From NCBI GenBank assembly GCA_900088475.1, contig FLMG01000505.1, positions 1 to 64,000 on the forward strand: 64,000 nt of DNA. The letters run 5' to 3'. The position numbers and the translations under genes are program-made. The stretch is from Hyphochytrium catenoides. Lineage: Eukaryota; Protista; Hyphochytriomycota. Of this stretch, positions 37,848-50,641 are shown in pieces. The notes under the pieces are model-generated. The model did not search any database. It had not been told where the DNA came from and saw only the letters and a program-made list of their open reading frames with translations. The stretch's first letter is position 1. Every line of letters begins with the position of its first letter.

Positions 37848-38066
37848 TGTCCCACTCAAAAATCCTTTGTGCAAGGCTTGCATTGATCAAGGATACTAAT
37901 AACGTACGGCACGCTTAGTGGTGGCTATCGGTTCAACACGTGGTTGGCGCGGTATTGTCCCACTAAATAAATATAATCCTTTGTGCAAGGGGAACGCAAT
38001 GACTTATGAACTCTATACTAAATAGCGGCAGGCTTCGTGGTATCGCTATCGATGTAACAAGTGGTC
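37848..38066 (+). repeat. Degenerate tandem duplication, ~100-110-bp unit
   Basis: Both units share, in order, tgtcccact, aatcctttgtgcaagg, atactaa, cggca(c/g)gctt(a/c)gtggt, gctatcg, aaca(c/a)gtggt. Confidence 0.8.
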
Positions 38067-40209
38067 TGATACTTGAGCTCGACGCTTTTGGTGAGTAGGC
38101 AGATGTTGATGCATGGACATAGAACCCCGACAGTCTAATATGCTGTGTTTGTCAGTCTTCGTCCTTAGGGCGCCGCTGTCTTTTGGATGGGAGGTCAGTG
38201 GTGCCTCTCGTTCTGATAATCACCCACTGATCACTGGTGTGGGCCGTTACAAAAGAATGAAGCGATGAAGAGGCAAGCGTCAAGCGTCCTCATAGTTTTT
38301 CCTTTTTTGAAGAGTGAGCGAGCAAGCGCCTTGGGTTCTGATACGTTGCTTTCATTATTCCGCGGAAGTAAGTAACAAGGATATTGATAAAGTTTGAGGA
38401 TCTGGTGTCGTGGGAACTAAAGAGTTTGATATCAAGCGTTTTTATCTTTAGCGCAGAGTTCACCACGTTAGGGCACAAACTTTGATGTGTCGGCTTCATC
38501 TAAATGGTTCTTTCAAGGCAGCTCTTGCTGGCGATGTTAGCGGAATCCCGCTGACTTTTGACCATAAATAGTAAGGGAGTAAGGGTCAATCTGCTCCGAA
38601 GATCTTGGAAGGTGGCGAGATGCCCATAGCATTGTTCTTGACTACAAAGGTACTGGTCGGAAGCAGGGAAACAGGTGCGGGTAGCTACTAACTATCGCTT
38701 TTATATCCTTGAAACAGCTGTTATGAGGCAGGAGAAGAGAGTGACTTCTTCATTCAAAGGATGCGAAGGCCAGCTGACAATTAAGAAGATTTCTCTCTCC
38801 AGTCTTCACATCCCAAGAGATTTTGAGCGCATTCATCTAAAGCTAAAGCAGGATACTCAGTGCGACACTGCAAAGCCTTCTTCTCTCCCGGCTCTCACTC
38901 TGTGCGTCTAGCTTTTACCAAAAGTTGCCTAACCATTAAAAGAACGATGTGACTTTTAAATGGGCTGGTTCGTGTTTCCATCAGCAGTACCTTCTTACAA
39001 GCAGCGTCAGTAGGCCAGCGTCAGCGAGCAGCGTCGTTATAAACAACCTCACCGTCAGTAGAAAACCTCCCTTACTGATCTCAGGGTGATGATATACCGC
39101 CCACCTCAAACTAGGAGTAGGATCCGACAAGTGGCCCTCGCCAGAAGAAAGCAGCAATCACGACTGCGCTAAGCCTATCATGTTCCCCGGGCGGCAGCTG
39201 GATGGCTGTAGTCTCTTAACGACTCTGTATGATCTCTGGACCTGAACGCCCTGAGGTACCAAGCTACCCCTGGCCGGAGAACCAGGAAGGATAGGAGATT
39301 TCACAACTCCACATTGGCCATCATCCAACGAAAGCTCATCATTAAGTCTCCATAGGTTTCTCTCTCCTCAGCTTCTCATTCTCAACACCTGACTAACCGT
39401 CTTCCTGCCTGCTTGAGCTAAGCAGACTCTCATCACCACCATCATAACACGAGCTGAAATGAACCATCATCAAACCACAAATACCAGTCGCTCTAACTGT
39501 CGGCCCATCCGCTTCACCAATTCTCTGGTCAGAACTCTAAGAAAGCATCAAACTTGGTTAGATTGTTTGCCCTATGATTCTCAGTTTCGGCTGACAAGCC
39601 TCAATTTGTCGAAGCAACTACTGCCATACGTGTGAGTGCCTCCACTCCGGCATTTGCTTTACGATTTGATGAGTTGCACTCGAATCGTTGGGCTTTACTC
39701 AGGGTGAAGACGACCAACCTCCATTGCTTCTTCTTACAAATGAGTTGGTGTTATCCCGAGCATTATAAATGACTGCCTGTTATCCCGAGCATTGGTTGTG
39801 GGGAAGGACGCGGCAACCTTTGATGACAGCTCTGGGCATAGTTAACCGTGCGAAGAGTTGATGAGCTCCTCGTGAGCTCTAAAGGCCTTTAGGATGCTAA
39901 AATGAGAGACTAAGAACATGAGGAGCAGAGGGGCCAATGAGAAGGTGAAGTTTCAGCAGCTGTGACGTTTGTTTTTTTATGGGCAGCGTCAGGTTTGCCG
40001 CATAAAACCTCAACAAAGTGTGATTCTCTCTTCCTCAAACTAGAGACTGACCACTTTTCAGCACCAAACAGGCTGCGAATTGCCGTCTACCTGACAACAG
40101 AAGCAGAAGACTATCACAATATTATTAGTAACATCTCAGCGGCAATCATTATCAACACTTCCGCTCGATCTGCTACCCAGAAGGCCAGTATACCCTTTCT
40201 ACGCCAAGT

Positions 40210-43200
40210 TTACTTCTTAAGCCTGGCGAACCGTTCTAGCAACATCCCAGTAGTTGTTGCGGGTCTGTCTGTCTTGGGCTGGGTGTTGCCTTCCCTAGTC
40301 TCCGCCTGAGATAGCAGGCGAGAGCCTTGAAGGCGCTCTCGAAGTTCCCCTGCCGTCTGATACGAGAGATTCTTTGCGCTTGACGACTCCGAGAGACCTT
40401 GACGGCGTAACATCAAATGAGAAATGCAAAAAGACACTTGCACTAGCCTGTGGGATGAACTACACTGACATAGAGCTCGAGAGATCTAGCAAACGGTGCG
40501 AGCCAAAGAGTGAAGACATAAAGCTGTGAAGCGAAGCCAGCAATAGGCCGCCCGGACACCAAAGAAAGTACCAAGTAGTTGATACTGTAGGAATACTAGA
40601 ACAGAGTCATATCCACATTGTCTTCGAACTGACATTCCCTTGGCGTGAAAACCAAGACGAATAGTCAAAATCAACCTAAGCTTTACCTGAGGAGTGCCCC
40701 ACTGTCTGACTGAGCTTCATCTTCAGCTGCCTCACGCGATCAAGTGTCTCATCCTGGCTCTCCAAGCCAGACTTGGCCTCCAAGGCCGCAAGACTGCTTG
40801 AGTTAAGGGTCAACGACTTCTGCTTTTTCTGATAGGAAAGGATCTATTGTCAGTCTCGAGCATACGCTCAGAACGTTGGCTAAAGACGACGGGATAGAAG
40901 GGGTGTCATGGAAGACGTGCAGGAGAAGGGCAAGCTCCACCAAACACCATGGGAAGCCAAGCAAATTCTTCTTTGCTGTGTTGGGACTCACCGTCAGTTC
41001 AAGTCGCTCGAGCTCCATCTTGATACGCCACTGGAAGGCCGAGCTTGCCTTACTGAGCGGCTGCGCGATGTCATATTCCGGGTGAGCTTTCTGTAGATTA
41101 TACGCAGTGAGGACCCTGTCAAAGCTTAATGCCTTTTACCATATGTTTATGTAGAGCAGAAACGAAACAAGTGGAGAGAGGTACTCACAGTGAAGTCATA
41201 AAGGTCACGAATAGCTTGATCCGAGCCCGGGCTGTCAGCCGCTTCTGCCGAGATGGCTTTGAAAATACGTGCCAGTTCCTCATGAAGACTGCTCGAAATG
41301 TTGCCAGGTGTAACTACACGAAGACAATGGGGAGTGAGGGACTGCAAACTGGTGGATGATGTCCAGGACAGCTGAGGAATGGTTCTTTTTAGTACCTTTG
41401 CCTCCTTCTAATTTGATCCCTTTCGACTTCAACTCCTCGACGACTGCAGACGATGCGGGGAGCTGAGATCCAGCAATTTCCAGTCTCTCCGTGCCTCCTG
41501 AGTTCTTCAGTGCTTCAACAAAGGAGTAAAGCAGGTGCTTCAGGGCATTTCTGACGGGGTCCACTGGTGCCGCTTGGGCTTTGCTATCCTCTCGATAGAA
41601 TTGGTCAATCGTCGATAGGAGGCGAGATGCGTCTACCGTCAGGTATGGCTGTTTAGCTTGATTCTCTGCCTTCATTAGAAGTAGGAGGAGCTAGCGAAAG
41701 GGAAAGCGTCAGCAAGAGGGTGTTATACAGCATACTGCCGAGTTGTTAGCTCTAACAAGACCCCTTCCGCCCCCCCCCTAAAAACGATGTGCCTTGCACC
41801 GTCTAAAATCGTCCTGTCAACATAAACCAGCGGTATGAACACTACTCATTCCTTCTCCAAGGACGTACGGCTAAGTACCAGACTATGATTGATACAGCTT
41901 CTGTTCACTTTTCGCTAATACCTTGACGGTGATTTTGGGTATCACGCCTTCTGAATCTTGATTTTCCTTGTCCTTATTGCAGACGGAAAGTAGACGCACG
42001 AGAGTGACTAGGGAAACCGTCCTATCAGTTTTTTCGGCGGCCTGCATGGCTAGTTTGTTCAACGCCCAGACGATCTTTTCTGCGTGCTCTGGATATTTTC
42101 CACCTGGTTTAAGCCTTGGATCCACCAGGTGTTTAATGGCCTCACCTAGCATCTGAGTAAGCGAGTCCGAACCAATCTGAAAAGCAACCTGATGTCCCAA
42201 ATACCGCCCGAATTACGGCGGATGAACAAGGTTAGGTGACAGCGGAGACCGATTTCGTATCAGAAGGCTGGCAGGAAACGATGACAGGGCAGAAGTACCC
42301 AACTCTTGACAAAGCCGAGAACGAGCTAATTGGTTCGAGGGGCAGCACTCAAAACGCGATATATTCCCTTCATCTGAGCGTTTTCAGAACATGCCTATAG
42401 CTGTCTTCGCTTACCTCAGTTTCTTTGAAGAGAAGTACCATCGCAGAAAGAGACAGAGAAAGTACGTAGATATCAATTTCCGAATCGTTGGGCCCACTCG
42501 AAAACGATGCCCGCATCGCTCGCGTCAACTTTATCAGAAGATTGTCCACATTCGACACGAGAAAGTCCTTATCTGCAGCTTCAAGTGATGAGCCCTCCAG
42601 GTCACCCTCCTTGATCTGGCCTGTAGCAGATCCTGACGCCATGGCGTGCACCGTTTTTATTGCTTCCTTGCCTTCCTTATATGCGAGAGAGGACTTGCTA
42701 ACCAGCCTGGGCCCTCTTGTTCCCTCCAGTACCAAGAGCTTGTCCAGTCTTGAGAGCAACTCTTTGTGCATACGGGTTAGGGCGTCGTCAGTGCACCCAT
42801 AAGAGGGGGAGGTTGATAGACCGGGCTTGTCGAGCTCCAACTGTCTAGCTACAGCCGAAGCGCCGGTTCTCGTCTTGTCTGCAGAATGGAACGGTTCGAT
42901 TCTGGTATTGTCAGATTGAGGAGTGCTAGAGAAGTTGTTGATGTCGATGTGAGAATCGTCGTACTTCAGTGGGGAGGCATCTGTAAGCTCTTCTGGACCT
43001 GAAACTGGTGCAGGAATAGGAGGAGGAGGGCGATTCACTAGCGACGGGGCAGCTTGCTTCGCGGCCATCGGCTCCGGCCTTGACAGAGAAGAGGACGGGC
43101 CAATAGTGGCGTATTTGACCTTCGCTTCGACCTTCTGGTGCTTCATCCTCTGCTCCAGCAGATCCTTTACCTTCTGGCTGTTTACTGGGCAAAGCTGATA

Positions 43201-46200
43201 AAACTTGGTCACGTCAGCATCACATTTCAGGTAGACCGCCATCATCGTGCTCAGGGCACTCTCTCGGACATCTTTCTCAGGCGCGTCTACTAGCGCTACC
43301 ATATCCTTCAGTGCTTTCTTGCCAGCGATACCATAGCCTAGGCCGTTGGCAACAAGTTGGAGTTGGATTTAGAGATATTGACTTTGCGAGCACAGTCCTC
43401 GTAGCCATGCCGCAACTTACCAAAGTTCTGTATGAGCTGTCCCATGAAGTCCAGACATGCAGATTTCGTTCTGGTGTTTTTGGAGGTCAGGCCTCCCATA
43501 ACATAGGGAGAATACTTGCTTGCGGGGTAGATTTGACTGATTAGCGTCATCACTTCACGATAAGAGTCCCTAAAGCGAGGCTTCTGTTGGCCACACTCCT
43601 AATGAGACGAGCTTTTGAGTCAGTTGAAGGGCAATCGTACAAGAGAGAAACCTAGGGTATCTACCTTGATGAGAGTTGGCAGAAAGATCATAGCCTCAAC
43701 GTCATGCAGCTCGTAGGCAGAAGCTTTGAGCATTGTGAAGAGGGATATTTGGATCTCCAAGAGCCGAGCCAAAGCCTATGGACCGTCGCACATCAGTCAT
43801 GTTGTCCGTTAGCCTTTACAAAGCAGCTTAATAGAATCAGGTATGTTTCTCGGCAACTAACCTGAACATTGTTATCGATCATCCTTAAGGTGCACCATTT
43901 GAGGACAAGATCTAGTGAGTCCTTCACCTCTTCCGGCATTGTCGAGATCGCATTTGCCAAATCGTCCATGCCAGCCAAGATGCCCTTCTCAACAGAAGGG
44001 GCGAACAGCTTCGCTTCCAAATCAGGACTGAACAACGCGGAACAGCGAACGTGACAGAAGAGGAACCGGAGAACGTTAGCATGGGTGCAATTGTACGCAT
44101 AGTTGCAGAACTAGCTCGTGGTACTGAAATGTGAGCACGCACAGCCATCCCTTGAGCCCTCATTAGCTTATTGATATGGGCAAAGCAATATTGAAGGGAC
44201 AACCTAACTTGAACCCCACTTATGTCCAAATACACCAGAGCACGGTAAAAAGTTATAAGGTGCAAACGTCAACGGTGGCTATTGTCGTCACCTGATGAAT
44301 GGCTTCCAATCGTCCTGCAACGATTGTTTGCAGGCTGCCTCATCCTTCGGATCCTCAAAGACCCATCTATTCCTCTTTGTCTTCTCCAAGCGTTGCGTTT
44401 TCTGGTTGTTTCTAAGCATCATAACATCATTGGGCCGACCATTAGAGACCTCCATAGGGGCACTAGGAGGTGGCTGACTTCCCGTTCCTCCTGGTGCTCC
44501 CACTCCAGCTGTCGAAACGGGTTTCTTTAGCGTGCCAAACTTGCTTCTCATCCCGGAGGTAGCCCGCACAGTGGAGGCTTTCCTTGTGACGGAGATAGGT
44601 CCTTCGGAGGCAGGGGCCGGTTTGTCTTCTACGTCAATGGGCTCTGGTACGCCCGAAGACGATTCTCGGTTATCTGCGGCCTCTGGTACCAGGGGCGCAG
44701 CACTTGCAGGTTCGCCTTGCCCTCTTTCATTGCTCGCCGCTGCGGCCACATTGGCAAAGATTTTTTCAAGTATAGGACTAAGCGTACGCATAACCGCAGG
44801 CTTGACGTCTCTGCAGCCGTTGCGCACAGCATCAGGCCCCACGGATCTGGTGACCACCTCCAACACCTCCTGGGCTTTCTGTCGAGTAGCGGCGTTTTTG
44901 TCCTGCAAGCAAAGTATGAGAGAACCCACAATGGGCGTGAAGTCGATAGAGGTTCCTATTTTGTCGATGTTCTTGGCCATCCATACAAGTAGTTCTCCTG
45001 CAAAAGATAACGTGAAGAAAGAGTCATCATTGAGCTTCAGATCCATTTCCGAGAAGACAAGCCAACTGAACCCAAAGGTCTCCGTGCTACAATATGTAAG
45101 GGCCCGCTCTATCGGAAGACCATCAACTCACCTCTACCGACCGGATTATTAAGAGCAGCAGGAAACAGTGTCATGAGACTATCAAAGCAAGCCGTGTGCG
45201 GCTTGCCTCCATGTACAATCCAGCTTTCCAGGCAATCAATGGAAGCGCTTTGCATTACTTTTTTGTTGTCGCTTACACAGCCCAACACCTCTCCCATGCA
45301 AACCTTAGCGAACCTAGCACAATCTGGGCCCAAGCTCTGTGCGACCACACCAATCACTTGGGCGGCTTTCACCTTGAAGAGTTCGAGTAGGATAACAATT
45401 GGTTTGTCAAAGAGGACCCAATTTATGCGCAATATAAAGCAAAGTCCACCTTAAGATTTTACAATAAGGGTGGTCCAAATACAAAAGACCAATGATAGGG
45501 AAGGATGATAGCGAGCCAATATCGGCGGTCCAGAGCGGGCAGCGGTACGGAATCTTACCTTAAGGTTGGCATTTGAATCTGAAAGCCTGCCCTTAAGGCT
45601 CTTGAAGAGCACTCCAACGCTCTTGGTCGGTTGTATGCAATTCCCAGTTTCGGCGCAGATAGCAACCACTTGTTCCATAGCTGCAAGCCGCTGCTGCCAG
45701 TCTTTGCTGTCTCCTTCCTTTTCCATCTTCTCTAGTAGATCTTTCGATATTTTCTTGGTAATGTCCACCCTCTCCAGAAGAGACGAAGATGACGCAATAG
45801 CTGCTAAGCTTTGGCCCTTGATACAGCGTTTCACGGAACTAAGGGCATTGACAGGGTCATAGCCCGCCTTACTGAATTCTGAGTCTAAGGACGATAGTAA
45901 GGCAGGCTTAAGGCCCTCCCCTATGATCGCCTTCAAAGCCGGCCCCATCTGCTTGTACAGAACACCTAACAGAGATATGGCATTGTTCTTTACCAGGGGG
46001 TTAGAAGCCTCTAAGCCGTAGGGCCCCTTCACATAGTCAACAACAGATCTTGCTCCACATTCTCCAGCACCAAAATCTGCGATGAGCTTTGAGATGAACT
46101 CTAGGGCTGCAGCATGCACCGCAGGAGCTTTGACAGTAGGAACATGCTGGTAGAGACACTGAAGGACATATTTGGGCCCCACAGACTCAGCAATATTCAA

Positions 46201-49200
46201 AAGCATCTCAGTTGAACCCTCCGTTGCCTTTTTGTCGTTAAGCTTCTCGAAGGCTACTGCACATATGACACCAGCCCCCTCTTTACTGAATGGTTGGTCT
46301 GCAGTTGTAGCACCAGCAAATGCTGCGACTGCCTCAAAGATAGCCTTTAAAACGTTGATGTTGCTCTCCTTGAAATTGTTAGTTTTCCCTCGTAGAAAGA
46401 CGACTAAGGCCTCTGAAAAAGGCCCAGCTGAGGATGATTCCGTAAGTGTTTTCTCGCAATGCTCCTTCAGAGAATATGCTGCATCTTTCCGGTCTGTCCA
46501 CTTCGCGCTGGAAAGCATGGAACCGAGAGCCTCCCAATCTGAGATCTCAAGCTCCCTTAACTTTGCCTCCGCCTCCTCGTCGGTCATGTTGCTCTGAAGG
46601 GGTCTTTCAGCACCATTCCCTCCAATTGAAGACTTTGTGGAGGCAGCGGAGGCTCCGCTGGAGGATTTACCTTTTGAGGAGATACCGCCCGCAGGCCCAG
46701 AACGCGGAGAAACCTTCTTAGGTAGGCCCTTTCCTCCTCTAGCCGCTGCAGCTGGGCGCTTACTAGACTCCGTTGCTGGAGTAGGTTCTTCGGTGTCGTC
46801 CTTGGTTGACTTGTCAGAACCTCGCCGAACAGCCTTAGATCCTACCTCCGTAGTAGCGGTCACACCACCCCCACCTCCGACTTGCTGCTCAATGGCAGAC
46901 CATGACCTAGTGCTCTTGAAAGCAGCGAGGACATCCGAGTCTACTGAGCTGTGCACCTTGAGGTATTGGGCTGTGACTGACACCGCGGCGCTCTTAACCT
47001 TGGGATCGGTGTCACCTAACCCTGACCCAAGAAGCTCGCCCACCTGTCTAAAGAGTTGACGATCGTATTTCTGGTCCGGATTAGCTAGGCAGCGACCCAC
47101 AAACTCAAAGGCGAGCTGCCGTGCACCAGGCACCTTATTTGAGGTCGATAGACATGCCGCCTTGACCTCTTCGAACATTACATCGAGCGGCACACAATGC
47201 CTCTCGAACAAGTCCAAGGTATTGTTAGTCGTAGTAATGATAACGGACTTCTTGTCCGACAGCTTGCCCAACAGAAGAGGCGTCAAAGATCTCGCATAGA
47301 CGCTGAACGACTTCCGAAGACCATCCGCCAAAGCGCCAAAGACAGCCAGCGCTTTGGCCTGGATTTGGACGTTGGAATCCTGAAGCAAGAGGCGCACTGT
47401 GTTGACAAATTCTCCATACTCGCCTTGTGTTAGCTTGGGGACAGGGCCAATTATCGATAGGACAAGCTGAAGCCCTGCCACCTTCTCGCTCCACTTGGGA
47501 TGAGCAATTTTCTCCTTAAAATCCGTCTTCGCGAGCTTCTCGAGCAGATTAACCGTGTCCGCAAACTCTCTAGGATCTACTGGTTTCCCGACGGCCGAAG
47601 GTGGTCCTTGTGCTCCATTCTGACGTTTTCCTCTGTCCTTTCTAAGAGTCATTGTCGGGGTTGCGGAACCGGGAACGATATCCTTGGTAGCATTTTGGTA
47701 TTCAGTCTTCTGGGCTGGACGGATCTGGGACACCACGTCCTCCAAGAGGGCCGGGCCGACCCACCTGTGTAGCTCCACCAGGAGACTCATGGCTGCAGGT
47801 CTCACTTTCGGTACGGTGGACTCAAGAAGCTCTACGAGCTTGCCCTTGACTACTGAGACAGGTAGAGGACGTGGGCCAAAGACCTGGAAAGCTTCTGTCA
47901 TAAGCTCCACACAGAGCGGAGGTATTTTGGGCTTCTTATCCTTTACACCTTCTAAAAGTGCATTGAAGGTTTGCTCTATGGCGCCAATCTACACAGAAGC
48001 ACCTATTAGGCGGAATCAATGGGCCACCATTAAGTCACTCAAGACACAAGTGCATCACGCAAAGGTCGACATAAAATTTCAAACAAGTAAGCGCAGCCCA
48101 ATATTCTTTATAAAAAGATCACCTCAATAAACTTGATAAGTAACTCTTTGGAAAGCTTGACAGCTGTAGGTCTGCCATTGAATCCCTTCGCAATAATAAG
48201 AGGAGCCAACTCTCCGGCCTTTGAAGGAGGAAACGCTTCGAACTTGTCCACCAGAACGGCAATGGCGTCCAGGCCCGACTCAAAAGAGCTTGCGTTGGCA
48301 TCGCTAACCATACCTTTTAGCAGATGTTCTGTGGAATAAACATTAGTACAGGACTTCCTAACCACCGCTGGTCACACAGCGTAAGAGTCATCACTATGAA
48401 CGCAAGTAGTAACCAAAGAGACATGTCACCAAGAGCACCCATATGAGCCCTAAGCTCAAAGTTCTTCGTGTATATACACGGCGGAATAGCTAATAGTGAT
48501 AACCAGACCTTACCATGTTCCGCATAGGTTTGCTGCGTTACCGCCTCGACAGTGGCCAACTCCGCCTTCAAAGCTTCGCAAGCTCCTTTTCGTACTTTCC
48601 AATTCTTTCAGTCGCAAAATGGTGGCACGGCAGACGAAGAGAGAGGACAGTAGAGATTGGGCCCGTAGACAATCAGACAAGGGGTCGCATCATGTGCATA
48701 GTATTGTGGGCAGTAACTTACACTGTCTACCATCCTTTGAACTATTGGCCTATCATCCGCCGGACCATCATCACCTAGTGGCAAGAGATTAATAAACACG
48801 TTTCAAAATTATGGCAACGGACCTCTAGAGTCGTACCAGCTTGCTCCGAGTTCGATGGAGCCTCTCCAACGTTTGGAATCGAGTCCCCTGATATACCTGA
48901 TGTAGGAGGTGGAGCTGGGGGTGCAGCGGGAGGCGGGCCATCTTCTCTCAAGTCTGGTGCGGCTTGGGGTGCAGGTAGCTCAAGAGATGGCATAGGCTCT
49001 GGTTTACTTTCTACTACCACTTCTTTTTCACGTGCGTTTCTCTTTGCTGCTATCGCGGACCTGAGAGATGGCTGCTTCTTGGCCGGCGCAGGAGCGGCTC
49101 TGGGAGGATCCGACGCTGGCTCGCTGGCACCTTTTATAACTAAGGGTCAACAGTTAAACCCATGTTGAGAGTATACAGCTACCGAGAAGCCACTTACGAG

Positions 49201-49439
49201 GAGAATTGGCTAAACCTCCAGTGGCGGGAGGAGGGGGCGCACCCTCATCATCATCTAATGCGAACAAAAAGAGAATAGTTTTAGTCTCAGGGCTCTTGTT
49301 GACACTTGGAGGTTCCGGTCTTACATTTAACACCAGAAGAGATGGACTGGGTGATTGACAAGAGCTCCCTCACATCAAAGCCGCCGCACTGGGGACACTT
49401 GCAACTCATATTGCGGAGGCATTTTACCTCCTCCGCCAT
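40210..49439 (-). CDS. CKAP5: XMAP215/ch-TOG/MOR1 microtubule polymerase (TOG array), multi-exon
   Basis: TOG starts NWKVRK, KWSEKV, KWTDRK and DWQQRL; DSNVQIQAKAL, KLSDKK, FKESNINV, RLSDSNANLK; LDLVLKWCTLR; C-terminal HEELARIFKAI...AIRDLYDF and LRERL...LLERFARLKK*. Confidence 0.93.
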
Positions 49440-50274
49440 GGTTGGAACAACAGGAGTGGGCTAGAGCACCCTCGCTAAGTAAATTTTAAGCGAAGAGTTA
49501 CGGATGCAAATCCCGTGGGCATTCCCTTAATTATAACTGTGCCGAAATGCCGCAGCAAAACGGTCGAAAAAGCCAATAAGAAGCTTCAGAATCTTCAATC
49601 TGGAGTTCCTCTGATTTTTTGTTCAAGGAGGAGATGGAGGGACAACACAACTTGACAGTGAGATTTGCGTGGAGAAAAGTTATAGATTTTGCAGGGAAAA
49701 ATGGTTCAAATCAAATGCCGGATAACAGTAAACTTGACTCCCCTGAATAACGACCTCGGGAAAAGCCCATATAGGTAGTTATTATTATGTGAATAATCCT
49801 AACATTCAGGGGAGTCATAAAGCGCTGGGTAAGAGTACAAACGGTAGAGCTTCCGTTCTGCAAGGCGAAAAAAGGCAAACTCATTGAACAATTCACTTGC
49901 TAGGCACAAGGCAAGGTCTTCCCATGTCATCAGGAGAGGAGCATCAACAGATAGCGCGCAACCAGGACCAGGACATGACGTTGAGAGTTGCCACCTTATT
50001 ATAGGCGTCAACTTATCCTCTGTCCGACATCCACCTCAGTCCGACGGTAGGATACCTAGTGGTAAGCGGAACTGTTGCGCGTTCCCTGGAGACTGTGGAC
50101 ATAGTGCTGGAGGTCAAGAGGACGTGCGATTGCAGAGTTGCAACAGCCTGCCATGCTTAGGAAGGTCTCGCTTTGTTCAGTGAAGGTGGTAACTCAAGTT
50201 AATATAGCAGTATCAGAAGAGGTTACAAGGCTCGGGCCACGCCAGTGCATTACGGAAATCGGGTAGTTGAAAGA

Positions 50275-50408
50275 GGATTTTGGAAGAAGAAAGGAAGGTG
50301 TTCAGCAGGATATCATCGCTGAGGGTAGGGTTTCACGTGGGGATTTTGGAAGAAAAAAGGAAGGTGTTCAGAAGGGATATCCATCGTTGAGGGTAGGGCT
50401 TCACGTGG
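50275..50408 (+). repeat. ~67-bp tandem duplication (2 copies)
   Basis: ggattttggaagaa(g/a)aaaggaaggtgttcag...gagggtaggg(t/c)ttcacgtgg occurs twice. Confidence 0.9.
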
Positions 50409-50641
50409 CTGCGTGTCCTCTACGTTCTCCTTTGAAGATTGATACCCCATACCCACAAGCCGTGACCCATGGCAGCCGACGCCCTTGGCTGCTAATACTC
50501 TCCATGCTTTCCCAAATAGTATCCGTAATAAGCATGTGTTAGCTTTGCTATACATAGCTGCGACAGTTAAGCGGTGTTCAAGATCCATATTGCCACTGGT
50601 CCTGTCTTGTCCTGCTTCTATGGCTCTTGGAGGGTAGAGTG

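Noticed and set aside
38070-40200. 2-kb stretch with short ORFs and small repeats (cagcgtc x3; ttatcccgagcatt x2)
   Set aside because: No recognisable protein, RNA or transposon signature; left unannotated.
44532-48130. Several plus-strand ORFs of 90-206 aa
   Set aside because: Antisense shadows of long XMAP215 exons.
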